Shown here piece after piece: positions 1 to 10,002 of a stretch of 64,000 nt of DNA. Each line of letters begins with the position of its first letter. The stretch's first letter is position 1. A program made the position numbers and the translations under genes. The stretch is from an uncultured Candidatus Saccharibacteria bacterium (GTDB lineage: Bacteria; Patescibacteriota; Minisyncoccia; Phycocordibacterales; PCTT01): assembly GCA_964566505.1 (NCBI GenBank), contig CAZMIM010000001.1:199690-263689 (forward strand), in the 5' to 3' direction. The notes beneath the pieces are model-generated. The model saw only the letters and a list, made by a program, of their open reading frames with translations. It did not search any database and had not been told where the DNA came from.

Positions 1-62
1 ATTCTCGGTTTGTTAAGTTCAACCTGAATATATTATATCATAATACAATACACCTTGTCAAT

Positions 63-88
63 GTTTGGGAAGTCAGACTCTCTAAAAC
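63..88. repeat. REP-like imperfect palindrome (GTTTGGGA..AGTCAGACT..AAAC)
   Basis: Near copy of the palindrome at 62351-62379. Confidence 0.5.
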
Positions 89-129
89 AAAAACCAACGG
101 CTCATTTTCAAAATGAGCCGTTGGTTTTT
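89..129. terminator. Intrinsic terminator hairpin, AACGGCTCA/TGAGCCGTT family
   Basis: Inverted repeat flanked by A and T runs, downstream of the 164-385 gene; same stem at 23243 and 25226. Confidence 0.75.
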
Positions 130-163
130 CTAACCCCTAACACCTAGTGACTAACAACTAGCA

Positions 164-385
164 CTACATCAAGTTTTTTAGTCTATCTTGATATTTTTGT
201 GCCACCTTCATGGTAGCGCTCATTTGATCAAGTCCCTGATCCATAAGCTCTTTTGTCTCCTTTGCGATAGTTTCAAAAAGCTCTGGGTCTTTCTCAAGCA
301 TAGAAAGCATTTGCTCTTGCTGTGCCTCAGGCACATCCTTGAGCTGAGACTTCATCATTTTCTTCATTAACATTTTCTTTAACAT
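164..385 (-). CDS. Small helical hypothetical protein
   Basis: ORF MLKKMLMKKMMKSQ..., followed by a terminator; start chosen at ATG 385. Confidence 0.65.
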   Translation of the reverse strand: MLKKMLMKKMMKSQLKDVPEAQQEQMLSMLEKDPELFETIAKETKELMDQGLDQMSATMKVAQKYQDRLKNLM

Positions 386-494
386 GACACGCATTGTAAC
401 ACCCCACACAAAAGCAAGCTAGTACATACCCCAAATTATTGACTCAAGCCCAAAATCACGGTATATTGAGCCGCTTATTATTACAGAAATTTTT

Positions 495-2162
495 ATGTTT
501 AAACGACTATTTTCACGAATATATTCATACGCAAAAAGGCTCTATAACTACATCAAGAGTCTCTACAAACAATTCGGAATAATCGCGGTGCTTGTAACCG
601 TGCTTATGTTGGTAGGTCTTATTATTCTTATCGCAACTGCAGGTAATAGAGATGATGCTATTGAGCAAAACAACCAAAAGGTTGTTAAGACCGCATTTGT
701 TGCGGCACTTTCAAGTAATCAATCCCCTCTTTCTCTTATTGGGCAGATTGAATCTACAAATGAAGCAGACCTACGAGCAGAATCACAAGGAGAGATTACT
801 CGTGTGTATGCACAGCTAGGAGATTATGTGTACGCGGGCTCTGTTTTGGCAGAATTTGAAAACCAAGCAGCACGAGCACAAGTTACTCAAGCAGAGGGTG
901 CTCTAGAGGCAGCAGAGGCACAGCTACTAAAAATTCAATCGGGTTCTCGAGCAGAGGAGCAAGATATTCTTGTTCTTTCAGCTGAAGATGCACGGGTTGC
1001 ACTTGCGCAAGCACAAAATGCAGCTATCGCGGAGATTGAAAATGCATTCTCTTCAGTAGATGACGCACTTTACAACAAAGTGGATGTTCTATTTGATGGA
1101 CCACGAACATACCGACCAGAACTTTCATTTGTTGTTCCAGAAACACAAATAAAAATTGATGTTGAAAGCGGTCGTGTATCAGTAGGGCGAGTACTTTCTA
1201 TTTGGGAAGATGAGATTGACTCCCTTACCACTTCATCAGACCTACAAACTGCACTTGAAAATGCACAAGCATACACAGTACAAACACAAGACTTTCTTGA
1301 TGATGTTGCGCGTGCAGTAAACATACTTCGCCCAAATGCAGAGATTAGCGAGACCACAATCGCTACATGGAAAGCAAATGTCTCATCTGCACGGACAACT
1401 CTAAACGCAACTATTAATGCGCTCATTAGTGAAGTAAATGCTCTCAATGGAACAGAGACAGCTCTTGCTGTAGCAACAACAAACAAAGATATTGGATTCT
1501 CTGGTGGACGAAACGAGGATGTGCAAGCAGCACAGGCTCAAGTAAAACAAGCAAAAGGTGCACTCGCTGTCGCTCGTGCAAACTTTGAAAAGACAATTAT
1601 CCGCACACCAATAAGCGGAACACTTAACAGATTCGCAGTTAAACGAGGAGATTTCGTAACACTCTATGAACCTATTGCAGTAGTTTCAAACAACAACGCT
1701 CTTCTTATCAAAACATACATGACAGAGGAGGATCGTCGTGAGATAGCAGTGGGCGCAAATGTACTAGTGGAGGGTGTATACAACGGAACTGTAACTGCTA
1801 TTGCACCCGGAATTGACCCTATCACCAAAAAGATTGAAGCGACTGTTTCTATCCAAGAGGAAGATTCAACACTTCAAAATGGTGAGTCTGTGCGAATTGA
1901 TATTGTACGAAAAGATGTAACCGCATTTAATGCCAACGACCCAATCCGAGTACCAATTTCTGCACTCAAAATAGAGCCGACAAGAACAGTTGTATTTTCA
2001 CTCGATGAGAATAACGCGCTAGTAGCACACCCTGTTACAGTTGGTCTTATCGTGGGAGACAAAGTGATTATCGAGAAAGGAATCACTCCAGATATGTCTA
2101 TCGTGGTTGATGCGCGAGGACTCAAAGAAGGACAAGTGGTAGAAAAGCAAAATAACCAATAG
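495..2162 (+). CDS. RND efflux periplasmic adaptor (HlyD/MFP family) with long coiled coil
   Basis: N-terminal TM helix, lipoyl-like halves (GEITRVYAQLGDYV; IRTPISG), adjacent to RND permease. Confidence 0.9.
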   Translation: MFKRLFSRIYSYAKRLYNYIKSLYKQFGIIAVLVTVLMLVGLIILIATAGNRDDAIEQNNQKVVKTAFVAALSSNQSPLSLIGQIESTNEADLRAESQGEITRVYAQLGDYVYAGSVLAEFENQAARAQVTQAEGALEAAEAQLLKIQSGSRAEEQDILVLSAEDARVALAQAQNAAIAEIENAFSSVDDALYNKVDVLFDGPRTYRPELSFVVPETQIKIDVESGRVSVGRVLSIWEDEIDSLTTSSDLQTALENAQAYTVQTQDFLDDVARAVNILRPNAEISETTIATWKANVSSARTTLNATINALISEVNALNGTETALAVATTNKDIGFSGGRNEDVQAAQAQVKQAKGALAVARANFEKTIIRTPISGTLNRFAVKRGDFVTLYEPIAVVSNNNALLIKTYMTEEDRREIAVGANVLVEGVYNGTVTAIAPGIDPITKKIEATVSIQEEDSTLQNGESVRIDIVRKDVTAFNANDPIRVPISALKIEPTRTVVFSLDENNALVAHPVTVGLIVGDKVIIEKGITPDMSIVVDARGLKEGQVVEKQNNQ

Positions 2163-2164
2163 CT

Positions 2165-5100
2165 ATGTTTTCATTTTGGTCATTTTTTCTTAAGAATAAA
2201 CGATTCAGCCAACTGATTCTCATAGCCCTTATCGGAGCAGGGCTTGTTTCTCTATTCTCTATCCCAAAAGAATCAAATCCTGAAGTAGAGGTTCCTATCG
2301 GAGTTGTGAGCACATTTCTACCTGGAGGTTCTGCAGAAGATGTAGAAACACTCATTACAAATGAGATTGAATCAGGTCTGCAAAATCTTGATGAGGTAAA
2401 GAAAATCACATCAACATCAGCATCGCGTATCTCAAGTATCGTGGTTGAATTTGATGCGAGCGCAAATATAGACAAGGCTATCCAAGACCTCAAAGACGCA
2501 GTGGACACGGTAGCACCAAACCTACCATCAGAAGCAGAAGACCCAGTAGTGGCACAAGTAGATTTCTCTGCTGAGCCAATAATGATTATCTCTGTAGCGA
2601 CCGACAGACCTGCACCAGAGGTAGTATCACTTGCACAAACAATAGAGCGAGAGCTCAAGCGTATTCCAGGTGTATCAGATGTAACTCCACAAGGACTTCG
2701 TGAGCGAGAGGTGCAAGTAATCGTAAACCAAGAGCGACTCCAAGCATTTGGACTTTCTACAGACACTGTTGTTAGAGCGCTTTCAGGAACAAACAGCTCT
2801 CTTCCAGTAGGGACAATCAAAACAAATGGAATCGTATACCCTGTTTCATTCAACGGAGACATAAAAGACCCAAATGAAATCCCTGATATTGCAATCGCAA
2901 ACAACAATGGATTCCCTATATACATTAGAGACATTGCCGATGTATCTATTGGAGTAGAGGAAGCGTCTACTATCTCTCGTATCAGTCTAGAAGTAAACCC
3001 TAGCGAGAACGCAATTTCTTTTTCAGTATTCAAACAAACAGGAGGAAATATTATAGAGACCACCCAGGCTGTAAGAGACAAACTTGAAGAGCTTCAAGAC
3101 GGAGGTGTGCTTTCTGACTCTGAAGTACTTGTTTCTTTTGATGTAGGAGAGTTCATAAAACAAGACCTTTCAAACCTTACATTCACAGCACTGCAAACAG
3201 TCCTTTTGGTAATGATTATTCTATTCTTGGCGGTTGGACTTAAAGAAGCGCTCCTTGCAGGGCTTGCTATCCCGCTTTCATTCTTGCTTTCGTTTATTGG
3301 TCTATCGGCATCTGGAAACACTGTAAACTTTGTGAGCCTTTTCTCACTTATTTTGGCGGTGGGTATTTTGGTGGACTCAGCTATTGTGATTGTTGAAGGA
3401 ATGCACGCAAATTCAATAAAGCGACAAAATGAGTCGATGAATGTTATTGCCTTTCAAACACTCAAAGAGTTCTACAAGCCACTGTTCTCAGGAACAATGA
3501 CAACCATTGCAGTGTTTTTCCCACTATTCTTTATCTCAGGTATTACTGGTGAGTTTATCGCAAGTATTCCATTTACTATGATTTTTGTGCTGACCGCATC
3601 TATTGTGGTAGCACTTGGATTCTTGCCACTTATTGCATCATCAGTCCTTAAATCACAAAGCAACAAAGAAGAAACTTCTCTTGAAGAAAAACGCGTTCGA
3701 TATTCAGACATTGTTGAGAAGTGGTACCAAAGAAAGCTGAATAAAATTCTTGGAAATAAAAAGCGGGAGAAAAAAGTAATAAAGTGGTCTGTGATTGCAT
3801 TCTTTATTGTATTTTCATTCCCTATTATCGGAATTGTTAATGTAGAATTCTTCCCACAAGAAGACTTGGATTTTGTATTTCTTGAAGTAGAAAAAGAGCG
3901 AGGAACAGTTATTGAGGATACTGATTTCGTAACACGACAAGTAGAAGAGATTTTGTATGAGAATGAAAATATTGAGTCATTTGTAACTACGGTTGGTACT
4001 GGTAGTGCGTTTGCAGGGACAGACTTTGGAGGAAGTTCTGACAATGGAAACATTGCAAATATGACCATAAACCTCAAAAAGAATCGAAAAGATTCAAGCT
4101 CAGAGGTGTCGCAACAGCTTCGCGAGGAACTCGCACTTATCAAAGAAGCAGATGTACGAGTAGTACAAACAAACAACGGACCGCCAACTGGTGCCCCTGT
4201 ACTGATTACATTTTTTGGTGACTCACTAGAAGAGCTTGAAACTCTTGCGTCACAGTCAGAAGATATACTCAAAAACATTGAAGGAACGCGTGATGTTTCT
4301 ACAAGCATTAGCGATAGCGGTACGGAGTTCCTGCTGTCTGTAGATCGCTCAAAGGCGACACAGCTTGGCCTATCTCCACTATCTATTGCACAAACACTAC
4401 GAACAGCAATCGTGGGAACGACCGCTACCACAATCAAAACTGATACTGACGATATTGATGTAGTGGTGAAGCTAAACCTTAATCCAAACTACCAAGGCCC
4501 ACATGATACAAACCGAACAACAATAGACAGCATCAGGCAGATAAGTGTGACAACACCTAGCGGTTCTGTGCTACTTGGCTCTGTACTCGATACATCACTT
4601 GATAGAAGTAGCTCAAGCATTCGACACGAGGATACAAAGCGTATCGCGAGTGTATCAAGCCAACTACAAGATGGGGCTGTCGTAGGAGCTATTGTAAGCG
4701 AGTTTCGCGCACAAATAGCAGATGGTGCACTGGTACTACCAGATACTGTTGAAATGCGTGTAGGAGGAGAAACAGAAGACGTAGACCAATCATTTAAAGA
4801 GATGGGGCTCGCATTTATTGCAGGACTTGTTTTGATGCTTGCAATACTCGTGCTTCAGTTTGATTCTATTCGATATGCCCTCTTTATACTTGCTATTATT
4901 CCATTCTCATTTATTGGAATCTTCATAGGACTCGCTCTCACAGGAAAAGCACTATCGTTCCCATCTCTTATGGGTGTGATTGCACTATCTGGAATTTTGG
5001 TAAACAACTCAATCATTCTTATTGATAAAATGAACTCTCTTCGCGAAGAGTATCCAATGCTTGCTATTCGAGATGTGGTGGTTGCGGCAAGCACATCACG

Positions 5101-5275
5101 GCTTCGACCTATCTTGCTTACAACTCTTACAACCGTGATTGGAATCTTTCCACTTACATACGCCGCAGAGCTATGGTCACCGCTCGCGTGGTCTATCATA
5201 TTTGGACTTACATTCTCTGTAGTACTAACGCTGGTACTCGTACCAATCCTTTACGATAGGTGGTGTAAGCGGTAA
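2165..5275 (+). CDS. RND efflux permease (AcrB/AcrD/AcrF family)
   Basis: 1036 aa; GILVDSAIV, GILVNNSIILID and RLRPILLTTLTT motifs. Confidence 0.95.
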   Translation: MFSFWSFFLKNKRFSQLILIALIGAGLVSLFSIPKESNPEVEVPIGVVSTFLPGGSAEDVETLITNEIESGLQNLDEVKKITSTSASRISSIVVEFDASANIDKAIQDLKDAVDTVAPNLPSEAEDPVVAQVDFSAEPIMIISVATDRPAPEVVSLAQTIERELKRIPGVSDVTPQGLREREVQVIVNQERLQAFGLSTDTVVRALSGTNSSLPVGTIKTNGIVYPVSFNGDIKDPNEIPDIAIANNNGFPIYIRDIADVSIGVEEASTISRISLEVNPSENAISFSVFKQTGGNIIETTQAVRDKLEELQDGGVLSDSEVLVSFDVGEFIKQDLSNLTFTALQTVLLVMIILFLAVGLKEALLAGLAIPLSFLLSFIGLSASGNTVNFVSLFSLILAVGILVDSAIVIVEGMHANSIKRQNESMNVIAFQTLKEFYKPLFSGTMTTIAVFFPLFFISGITGEFIASIPFTMIFVLTASIVVALGFLPLIASSVLKSQSNKEETSLEEKRVRYSDIVEKWYQRKLNKILGNKKREKKVIKWSVIAFFIVFSFPIIGIVNVEFFPQEDLDFVFLEVEKERGTVIEDTDFVTRQVEEILYENENIESFVTTVGTGSAFAGTDFGGSSDNGNIANMTINLKKNRKDSSSEVSQQLREELALIKEADVRVVQTNNGPPTGAPVLITFFGDSLEELETLASQSEDILKNIEGTRDVSTSISDSGTEFLLSVDRSKATQLGLSPLSIAQTLRTAIVGTTATTIKTDTDDIDVVVKLNLNPNYQGPHDTNRTTIDSIRQISVTTPSGSVLLGSVLDTSLDRSSSSIRHEDTKRIASVSSQLQDGAVVGAIVSEFRAQIADGALVLPDTVEMRVGGETEDVDQSFKEMGLAFIAGLVLMLAILVLQFDSIRYALFILAIIPFSFIGIFIGLALTGKALSFPSLMGVIALSGILVNNSIILIDKMNSLREEYPMLAIRDVVVAASTSRLRPILLTTLTTVIGIFPLTYAAELWSPLAWSIIFGLTFSVVLTLVLVPILYDRWCKR

Positions 5276-5321
5276 TATTGAGATAGTTCGCCCGTTCTTT
5301 CCTACCAAACAAACAGTCCTC

Positions 5322-5483
5322 ATGGAACGTTTTATCAGGGTTCACCCCAAGTCTCGCGCTGGTGGTGGAAGCCGACCCAAAACCGAAGGAGGTTCTCCTT
5401 CTGAAAAAGAAGTGGGAGGAGGTCCTCTTTTCAAGTGTGGCGGTGGCAACGGACCACTCTACAAAGATGTCGGTGGTGCATAG
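5322..5483 (+). CDS. Putative 53-aa Gly-rich small protein (below ORF-track cutoff)
   Basis: ATG 5322 to TAG 5483: MERFIRVHPKSRAGGGSRPKTEGGSPSEKEVGGGPLFKCGGGNGPLYKDVGGA, followed by a hairpin. Confidence 0.5.
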   Translation: MERFIRVHPKSRAGGGSRPKTEGGSPSEKEVGGGPLFKCGGGNGPLYKDVGGA

Positions 5484-5493
5484 CATGCACCTA

Positions 5494-5530
5494 AAAACCC
5501 CAAATGCAAATGATTTGCATTTGGGGTTTT
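5494..5530. terminator. Hairpin between convergent genes, containing the 21-bp palindrome AAATGCAAATGATTTGCATTT
   Basis: AAAACCCC-palindrome-GGGGTTTT. Confidence 0.65.
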
Positions 5531-5550
5531 GTGCTTGAAATAGGCCTTTT

Positions 5551-6663
5551 TTAACCAAAAGTAAATGTAAATGCTTCAAGACCAGGCTCTTCTGGGATAA
5601 GCTCGAGAACATGCTCTCCCCACGCTTCATCTTCAATAATCCGATACAACTGCTCCTCTCCTACTGTCATATAGCCCCCACTATCCACATCAGCTCCTGC
5701 TCTATCTCCTACTGGCTCTCCATCTACTAACACCTTTACTCGTACTGGCTCATCGCTTGATGCAACCATGAATACTTTTTGTGCCTGATATTTAAACACA
5801 ATAGATGCTCCCGCTTCTGTATTTTCTGCATACTCGCGTGTAACATTCCATAGACCATCAAAGTACAGAGTGCTTGTTTTTAGTGTTTTTGGAAGCTCAT
5901 AGTCACGCTCACCCTCTACTTTTTGTGTTCCATTTCCTAACCTCTCGTTTCGCCAAGCTCCAAAATAAATCTCTGGACTTCGCTTTTGGTTGCTTACAGA
6001 CTCTACATTTTCTGGATTTGAAATATCACCTGAAATCTCTGTATCGAGACCAAGACGCTCGGCTCGCTCAGCAAGTAGTCTTTGTATTACTTCTTCTGTT
6101 TCTTCATATGCGCCCTCTCCGATGTGGTCATACACCACAAAACCGTCTATATCGATAAGATACTTTCGTGGCCAGTAGCGGTTGTTATATGCATTCCATG
6201 TTCGATAATCATTATCTAGAACCACCGGATACTTTACATCAAACTGATCTACTGCTTGTTGTACATTATTGATGTCTTTTTCAAACTCAAACTCTGGAGT
6301 GTGCACCGCCACAATCTCAAGACCTTGGTCTTTATATTTCTCATACCACGCGTTTAGATACGGCAACGTTCGCTGACAGTTAATACAGCTATATGTCCAA
6401 ATATCCAGAAGCACAACCTTGTCTCCAATAAGCTCTGAGATGGTAATACCGTCCTCGTCAGTATTTATAAACCCATGTGTTTGATCTACCTCCTTTGCTC
6501 TAGGATATTTATTTAACTTTTCTTCTATGTCCATTCCCACGCTTGCCACCACATCACCTGTAGTTTGCCCACTTCCTCCTACCTTCATAGACTCAAGCCA
6601 GAATATAATCCCAACAATCGCTACAAGTGTAATTATCAATACTAATGTTTTCTGCTTTCCCAT
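5551..6663 (-). CDS. Membrane-anchored thioredoxin-like protein (DipZ C-terminal-like)
   Basis: WTYSCINC active site, VHTPEF, YWPRKYLID, C-terminal AFTFTFG. Confidence 0.9.
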   Translation of the reverse strand: MGKQKTLVLIITLVAIVGIIFWLESMKVGGSGQTTGDVVASVGMDIEEKLNKYPRAKEVDQTHGFINTDEDGITISELIGDKVVLLDIWTYSCINCQRTLPYLNAWYEKYKDQGLEIVAVHTPEFEFEKDINNVQQAVDQFDVKYPVVLDNDYRTWNAYNNRYWPRKYLIDIDGFVVYDHIGEGAYEETEEVIQRLLAERAERLGLDTEISGDISNPENVESVSNQKRSPEIYFGAWRNERLGNGTQKVEGERDYELPKTLKTSTLYFDGLWNVTREYAENTEAGASIVFKYQAQKVFMVASSDEPVRVKVLVDGEPVGDRAGADVDSGGYMTVGEEQLYRIIEDEAWGEHVLELIPEEPGLEAFTFTFG

Positions 6664-6787
6664 CCCGATAGTGATAGAAAGTGCATATTAGGCACTTTCG
6701 ATAATTAAATTATTAATTCTTATTCTCAACATATATATCATTTATTTTACATCCCATTCTTCTTTCGTAAATCAATCACTATCGGGA
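6663..6787 (-). mobile_element. Start-codon-abutting TIR element, copy A (125 bp, MITE-like)
   Basis: 13-bp TIR TCCCGATAGTGAT/ATCACTATCGGGA; CCCA direct repeats at 6659-6662 and 6788-6791; terminal base is the A of ATG 6663. Confidence 0.75.
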
Positions 6788-6794
6788 CCCATAA

Positions 6795-7496
6795 TTACAA
6801 TACTAACTTGTTAATAAACTCAAAGTTTGCCACCAACGACAGACTCTCTGTAAATGCCAAAATACCAATCACTACCAAAAGTACTCCAAATACCATATTG
6901 AGATACTTAAGCTTTTCTTGATATCGTGAAATCCATCCACCAGCCTGTGTGGCAAATGCCCCTACGAATAGAAACGGTAACGCAAGACCAAGTGAATATG
7001 AGATAAGAAGTCCAAATGCGGCGCCAGGTGAAGATAGCGCAAGGCCAAGTATTGCACCTAGTATTGCACCTACACAAGGCGTCCAGCCAGCAGCAAAAGC
7101 TGCTCCAAACACAAACGAGGTCATGTATCGTGAGTTGAATTTATGTTTTACAGCAATTTGTCGATTCACCTCAAGAAATGGAATCTTTATAAGACCAGCC
7201 AAATACAAACCAAAAATAATCACCAAAGTTCCTCCAAGTCGTGCAAGCCAAGTCTGCACACTTCCGGCAATATCTACCAAAAATGAGTTGAGTATTACGC
7301 CCAACAGCGCAAACACGACGCTGAATCCAATAACAAAAAATATTGCATTAATAAAAGTACTCTTTCGAGATGATTCCCCCTCAACTGACACTCCGCCAAG
7401 ATATGCAAGATAGCCAGGAATTACGGGCAAAATACATGGGGACAGGAATGAAACTATTCCTGCTGTAAATGCCACAAAAAATGATATGTCGCTCAT
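6795..7496 (-). CDS. ccdA: Cytochrome c biogenesis CcdA / DsbD transmembrane-domain protein
   Basis: SFLSPCILP and GWTPCVG motifs; TATAAT 6 nt upstream of ATG 7496. Confidence 0.9.
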   Translation of the reverse strand: MSDISFFVAFTAGIVSFLSPCILPVIPGYLAYLGGVSVEGESSRKSTFINAIFFVIGFSVVFALLGVILNSFLVDIAGSVQTWLARLGGTLVIIFGLYLAGLIKIPFLEVNRQIAVKHKFNSRYMTSFVFGAAFAAGWTPCVGAILGAILGLALSSPGAAFGLLISYSLGLALPFLFVGAFATQAGGWISRYQEKLKYLNMVFGVLLVVIGILAFTESLSLVANFEFINKLVL

Positions 7497-7530
7497 AGGA
7501 TTATTATACCCCAAAGGAGTTAAAGCAAAC

Positions 7531-7554
7531 AAAAAACCGCCTAAGCGGTCTTTT
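7531..7554 (-). terminator. Intrinsic terminator
   Basis: ACCGC-CTAA-GCGGT stem with A-run on + strand. Confidence 0.6.
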
Positions 7555-7571
7555 GAATCGAGTGAGTGCAA

Positions 7572-7808
7572 TTACTGTGCGTCTTCTGCGTCAGCGTCAG
7601 CCTCCATTGCGTCATCTGAAGCTGCTTCATCATCTGAAGCTGCTGCAGCTGCTGCACTGTCGTCTGTCATTGCGTCTCCTTCCATTACTTCCTCAGTTGT
7701 ATCTCCTTCCACTGCTGCATCCTCGTCACCATTCTTTGTAAGAAGAAGTGCTACTACGATGATTGCAACGATCAGAAGTACGATCAACCATGCATTACCT
7801 TTGTTCAT
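7572..7808 (-). CDS. Small membrane-anchored acidic low-complexity protein
   Basis: N-terminal hydrophobic helix followed by D/E/A-rich tail. Confidence 0.7.
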   Translation of the reverse strand: MNKGNAWLIVLLIVAIIVVALLLTKNGDEDAAVEGDTTEEVMEGDAMTDDSAAAAAASDDEAASDDAMEADADAEDAQ

Positions 7809-7929
7809 AATAAAACTAAAAGTTAACTTTTAACTTTAACCTCTCACGCACAGAGCGTGGTAGTTATTGCCATTTTAGCGCTTAAAATCGTTACTTTCAA
7901 GGACTTATCCACTTTGCCCATCAAGAGCG

Positions 7930-10002
7930 CTATACGTCAATATTGGCCATCTTGGCGTTGTTTTGGATAAACGCCTTTCGAGAGCTTACTTCTGTACCCA
8001 TAAGAATATCAAAGATTCTATCAGCTTCTTCTGCGTCCTCAACAGTTACTTGCTTGAGCACGCGATTACCTGGATCCATTGTTGTTTCCCATAGCTCTTC
8101 TGCGTTCATCTCTCCAAGACCCTTATATCGTTGTAGGTGAATCTTTCTAGATTTTGCTTTTTTCTCTTCGTCTTGCTCCTCTTCGTCAGAATCTTCTTCG
8201 GGTTCATCCTCTGTATCTTCATCGCCTACTTCTATTCCCTGTGCCTTTAGATATTCTGCTTTTTCATCTTCTGTATATACATACACGAGCTCCTTTCCTT
8301 TCTTTATCTTATATAGAGGTGGTTGTGCAATGTATAGATACCCTCCATCAATAAGCGCTCGGAAATATCGGTAAAACAGAGTCAAAAGAAGTGTTCTAAT
8401 GTGAGCACCATCGACATCGGCGTCGGTTGCGATAATAATTTTGTGATATCGAAGTTTTTCTAGATCAAATGTGTCTCCAATAGCAGTACCAAGCGCAATA
8501 ACAAGGTTTTTAATCTGCTCAGATGAAAGCATCCTGTCGAGTCGTGCTCGCTCCACATTGAGAATCTTTCCTCGAAGTGGGAGTATAGCTTGTGTCTTTC
8601 GGTCTCGCCCTGTTTTTGCTGTACCTCCAGCAGAGTCTCCCTCTACAATAAATAGCTCTGAGTTCTCTGCCTTTTTGCTTGAACAGTCTGCAAGCTTTCC
8701 TGGTAGTGTCATTCCATCAAGTGCACCCTTTCGAAGCACGCTGTCTTTGGCAGCTTTAGCAGCCTTTCGTGCGCGCATAGCAAGAATGCTCTTGTTTATC
8801 ATTTGCTTTGCATCATCTGGATTCTCTTCAAGAAATACAGAAAGAGCTTCTCCAAATACAGACTCTACAGCACCTCGTGCCTCCATAGAACCAAGCTTTG
8901 CCTTTGTTTGCCCCTCAAACTGAATCTCAGGAAGCTTCACAGACACAACGGCAGTTAGGCCCTCTAGGGCATCATCTCCTGCAAGGTTGCCGTCTTTGTC
9001 TTTAAGGATTTTATTGTCACGCGCATAGTTGTTGAGCGTTCGTGTTAGAGCCGTTTTAAATCCAGTGATATGTGTTCCTCCTTCTGGGTTATGGATATTG
9101 TTGGCAAATGGCAATATTCGTGAAGAAATATCATCTGCATATTGAAATGAAACCTCTACCATAACATCATCAATCTCTTTCTCTACATAGAAAATATTTT
9201 TGTGCACTGGCTTGAGTGGAGTGTTATAGAACTGAATAAGAGAAACGAGACCTCCTTCAAAATAAAATGACATTGAGGGCACATCTAGTCCAAGCTCTTT
9301 GAAATAAAAGGCATCTTTGAAATCAATTTTCCCTTCGTACTCTCGTGCGTCATAAACACTAATGCGAAGTCCTTTTACCAAATAAGCCTGCTGTCGCATG
9401 TGAGCGGTAATCTTTTTCCAGTTAAACTCGATTTCTTTGAAAATCTCTGGGTCAGGCTGGAATGTAATAGCTGTTCCTGTCTTTTTTGAAGCACTTACTT
9501 TCTTTACAGCGCCCTTTTTCTTTCCTTGGTTGTACTCTTGTGTGTAGTACCCACCATCACGGTGAACCTCTGCTTTTGTGTATGTTGAAAGAGCGTTTAC
9601 CACAGAAACACCCACTCCGTGAAGACCTCCTGATACCTTATACCCCTCACCACCAAACTTACCTCCGGCGTGGAGTGTAGTCATAATAGTTTCAAGTGCA
9701 GATACTTTTGTTTGTTTGTGCTTGTCTACTGGAATACCTCGTCCGTTGTCAGCTACACGCACCATATTGTCTGGTAGCAAAACGATTTCTACATCGTCAG
9801 CAAAGCCACCCATGGCCTCATCCCGAGAGTTATCAAACACCTCTGTAATAAGGTGATGTAGACCATCTGGACCAGTAGTACCAATATACATACCTGGTCG
9901 TTTTCGTACCGGATCAAGCCCTTCTAGAACAGTAATATCCGAAGCGCTATATGAGCTTTTTTTCTTTGGTTTTTCTTCTTTTTTTGTTTTTTCTTTTGCC
10001 AT
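7930..10002 (-). CDS. gyrB: DNA gyrase subunit B
   Basis: VRKRPGMYIG, SGGLHGVG, VEGDSAGG, PLRGKILN, DADVDG, QRYKGLGEM. Confidence 0.97.
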   Translation of the reverse strand: MAKEKTKKEEKPKKKSSYSASDITVLEGLDPVRKRPGMYIGTTGPDGLHHLITEVFDNSRDEAMGGFADDVEIVLLPDNMVRVADNGRGIPVDKHKQTKVSALETIMTTLHAGGKFGGEGYKVSGGLHGVGVSVVNALSTYTKAEVHRDGGYYTQEYNQGKKKGAVKKVSASKKTGTAITFQPDPEIFKEIEFNWKKITAHMRQQAYLVKGLRISVYDAREYEGKIDFKDAFYFKELGLDVPSMSFYFEGGLVSLIQFYNTPLKPVHKNIFYVEKEIDDVMVEVSFQYADDISSRILPFANNIHNPEGGTHITGFKTALTRTLNNYARDNKILKDKDGNLAGDDALEGLTAVVSVKLPEIQFEGQTKAKLGSMEARGAVESVFGEALSVFLEENPDDAKQMINKSILAMRARKAAKAAKDSVLRKGALDGMTLPGKLADCSSKKAENSELFIVEGDSAGGTAKTGRDRKTQAILPLRGKILNVERARLDRMLSSEQIKNLVIALGTAIGDTFDLEKLRYHKIIIATDADVDGAHIRTLLLTLFYRYFRALIDGGYLYIAQPPLYKIKKGKELVYVYTEDEKAEYLKAQGIEVGDEDTEDEPEEDSDEEEQDEEKKAKSRKIHLQRYKGLGEMNAEELWETTMDPGNRVLKQVTVEDAEEADRIFDILMGTEVSSRKAFIQNNAKMANIDV

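Noticed and set aside
136-163. Short CTAAC/CTAG heptamer-like repeats
   Set aside because: Only four degenerate units, too little to interpret.
2122-4437. Long antisense ORFs (2122-3081, 3472-4437) and similar shadow ORFs elsewhere
   Set aside because: They lie opposite well-supported genes, have Ser/Thr/Ile-rich shadow composition and no motifs.
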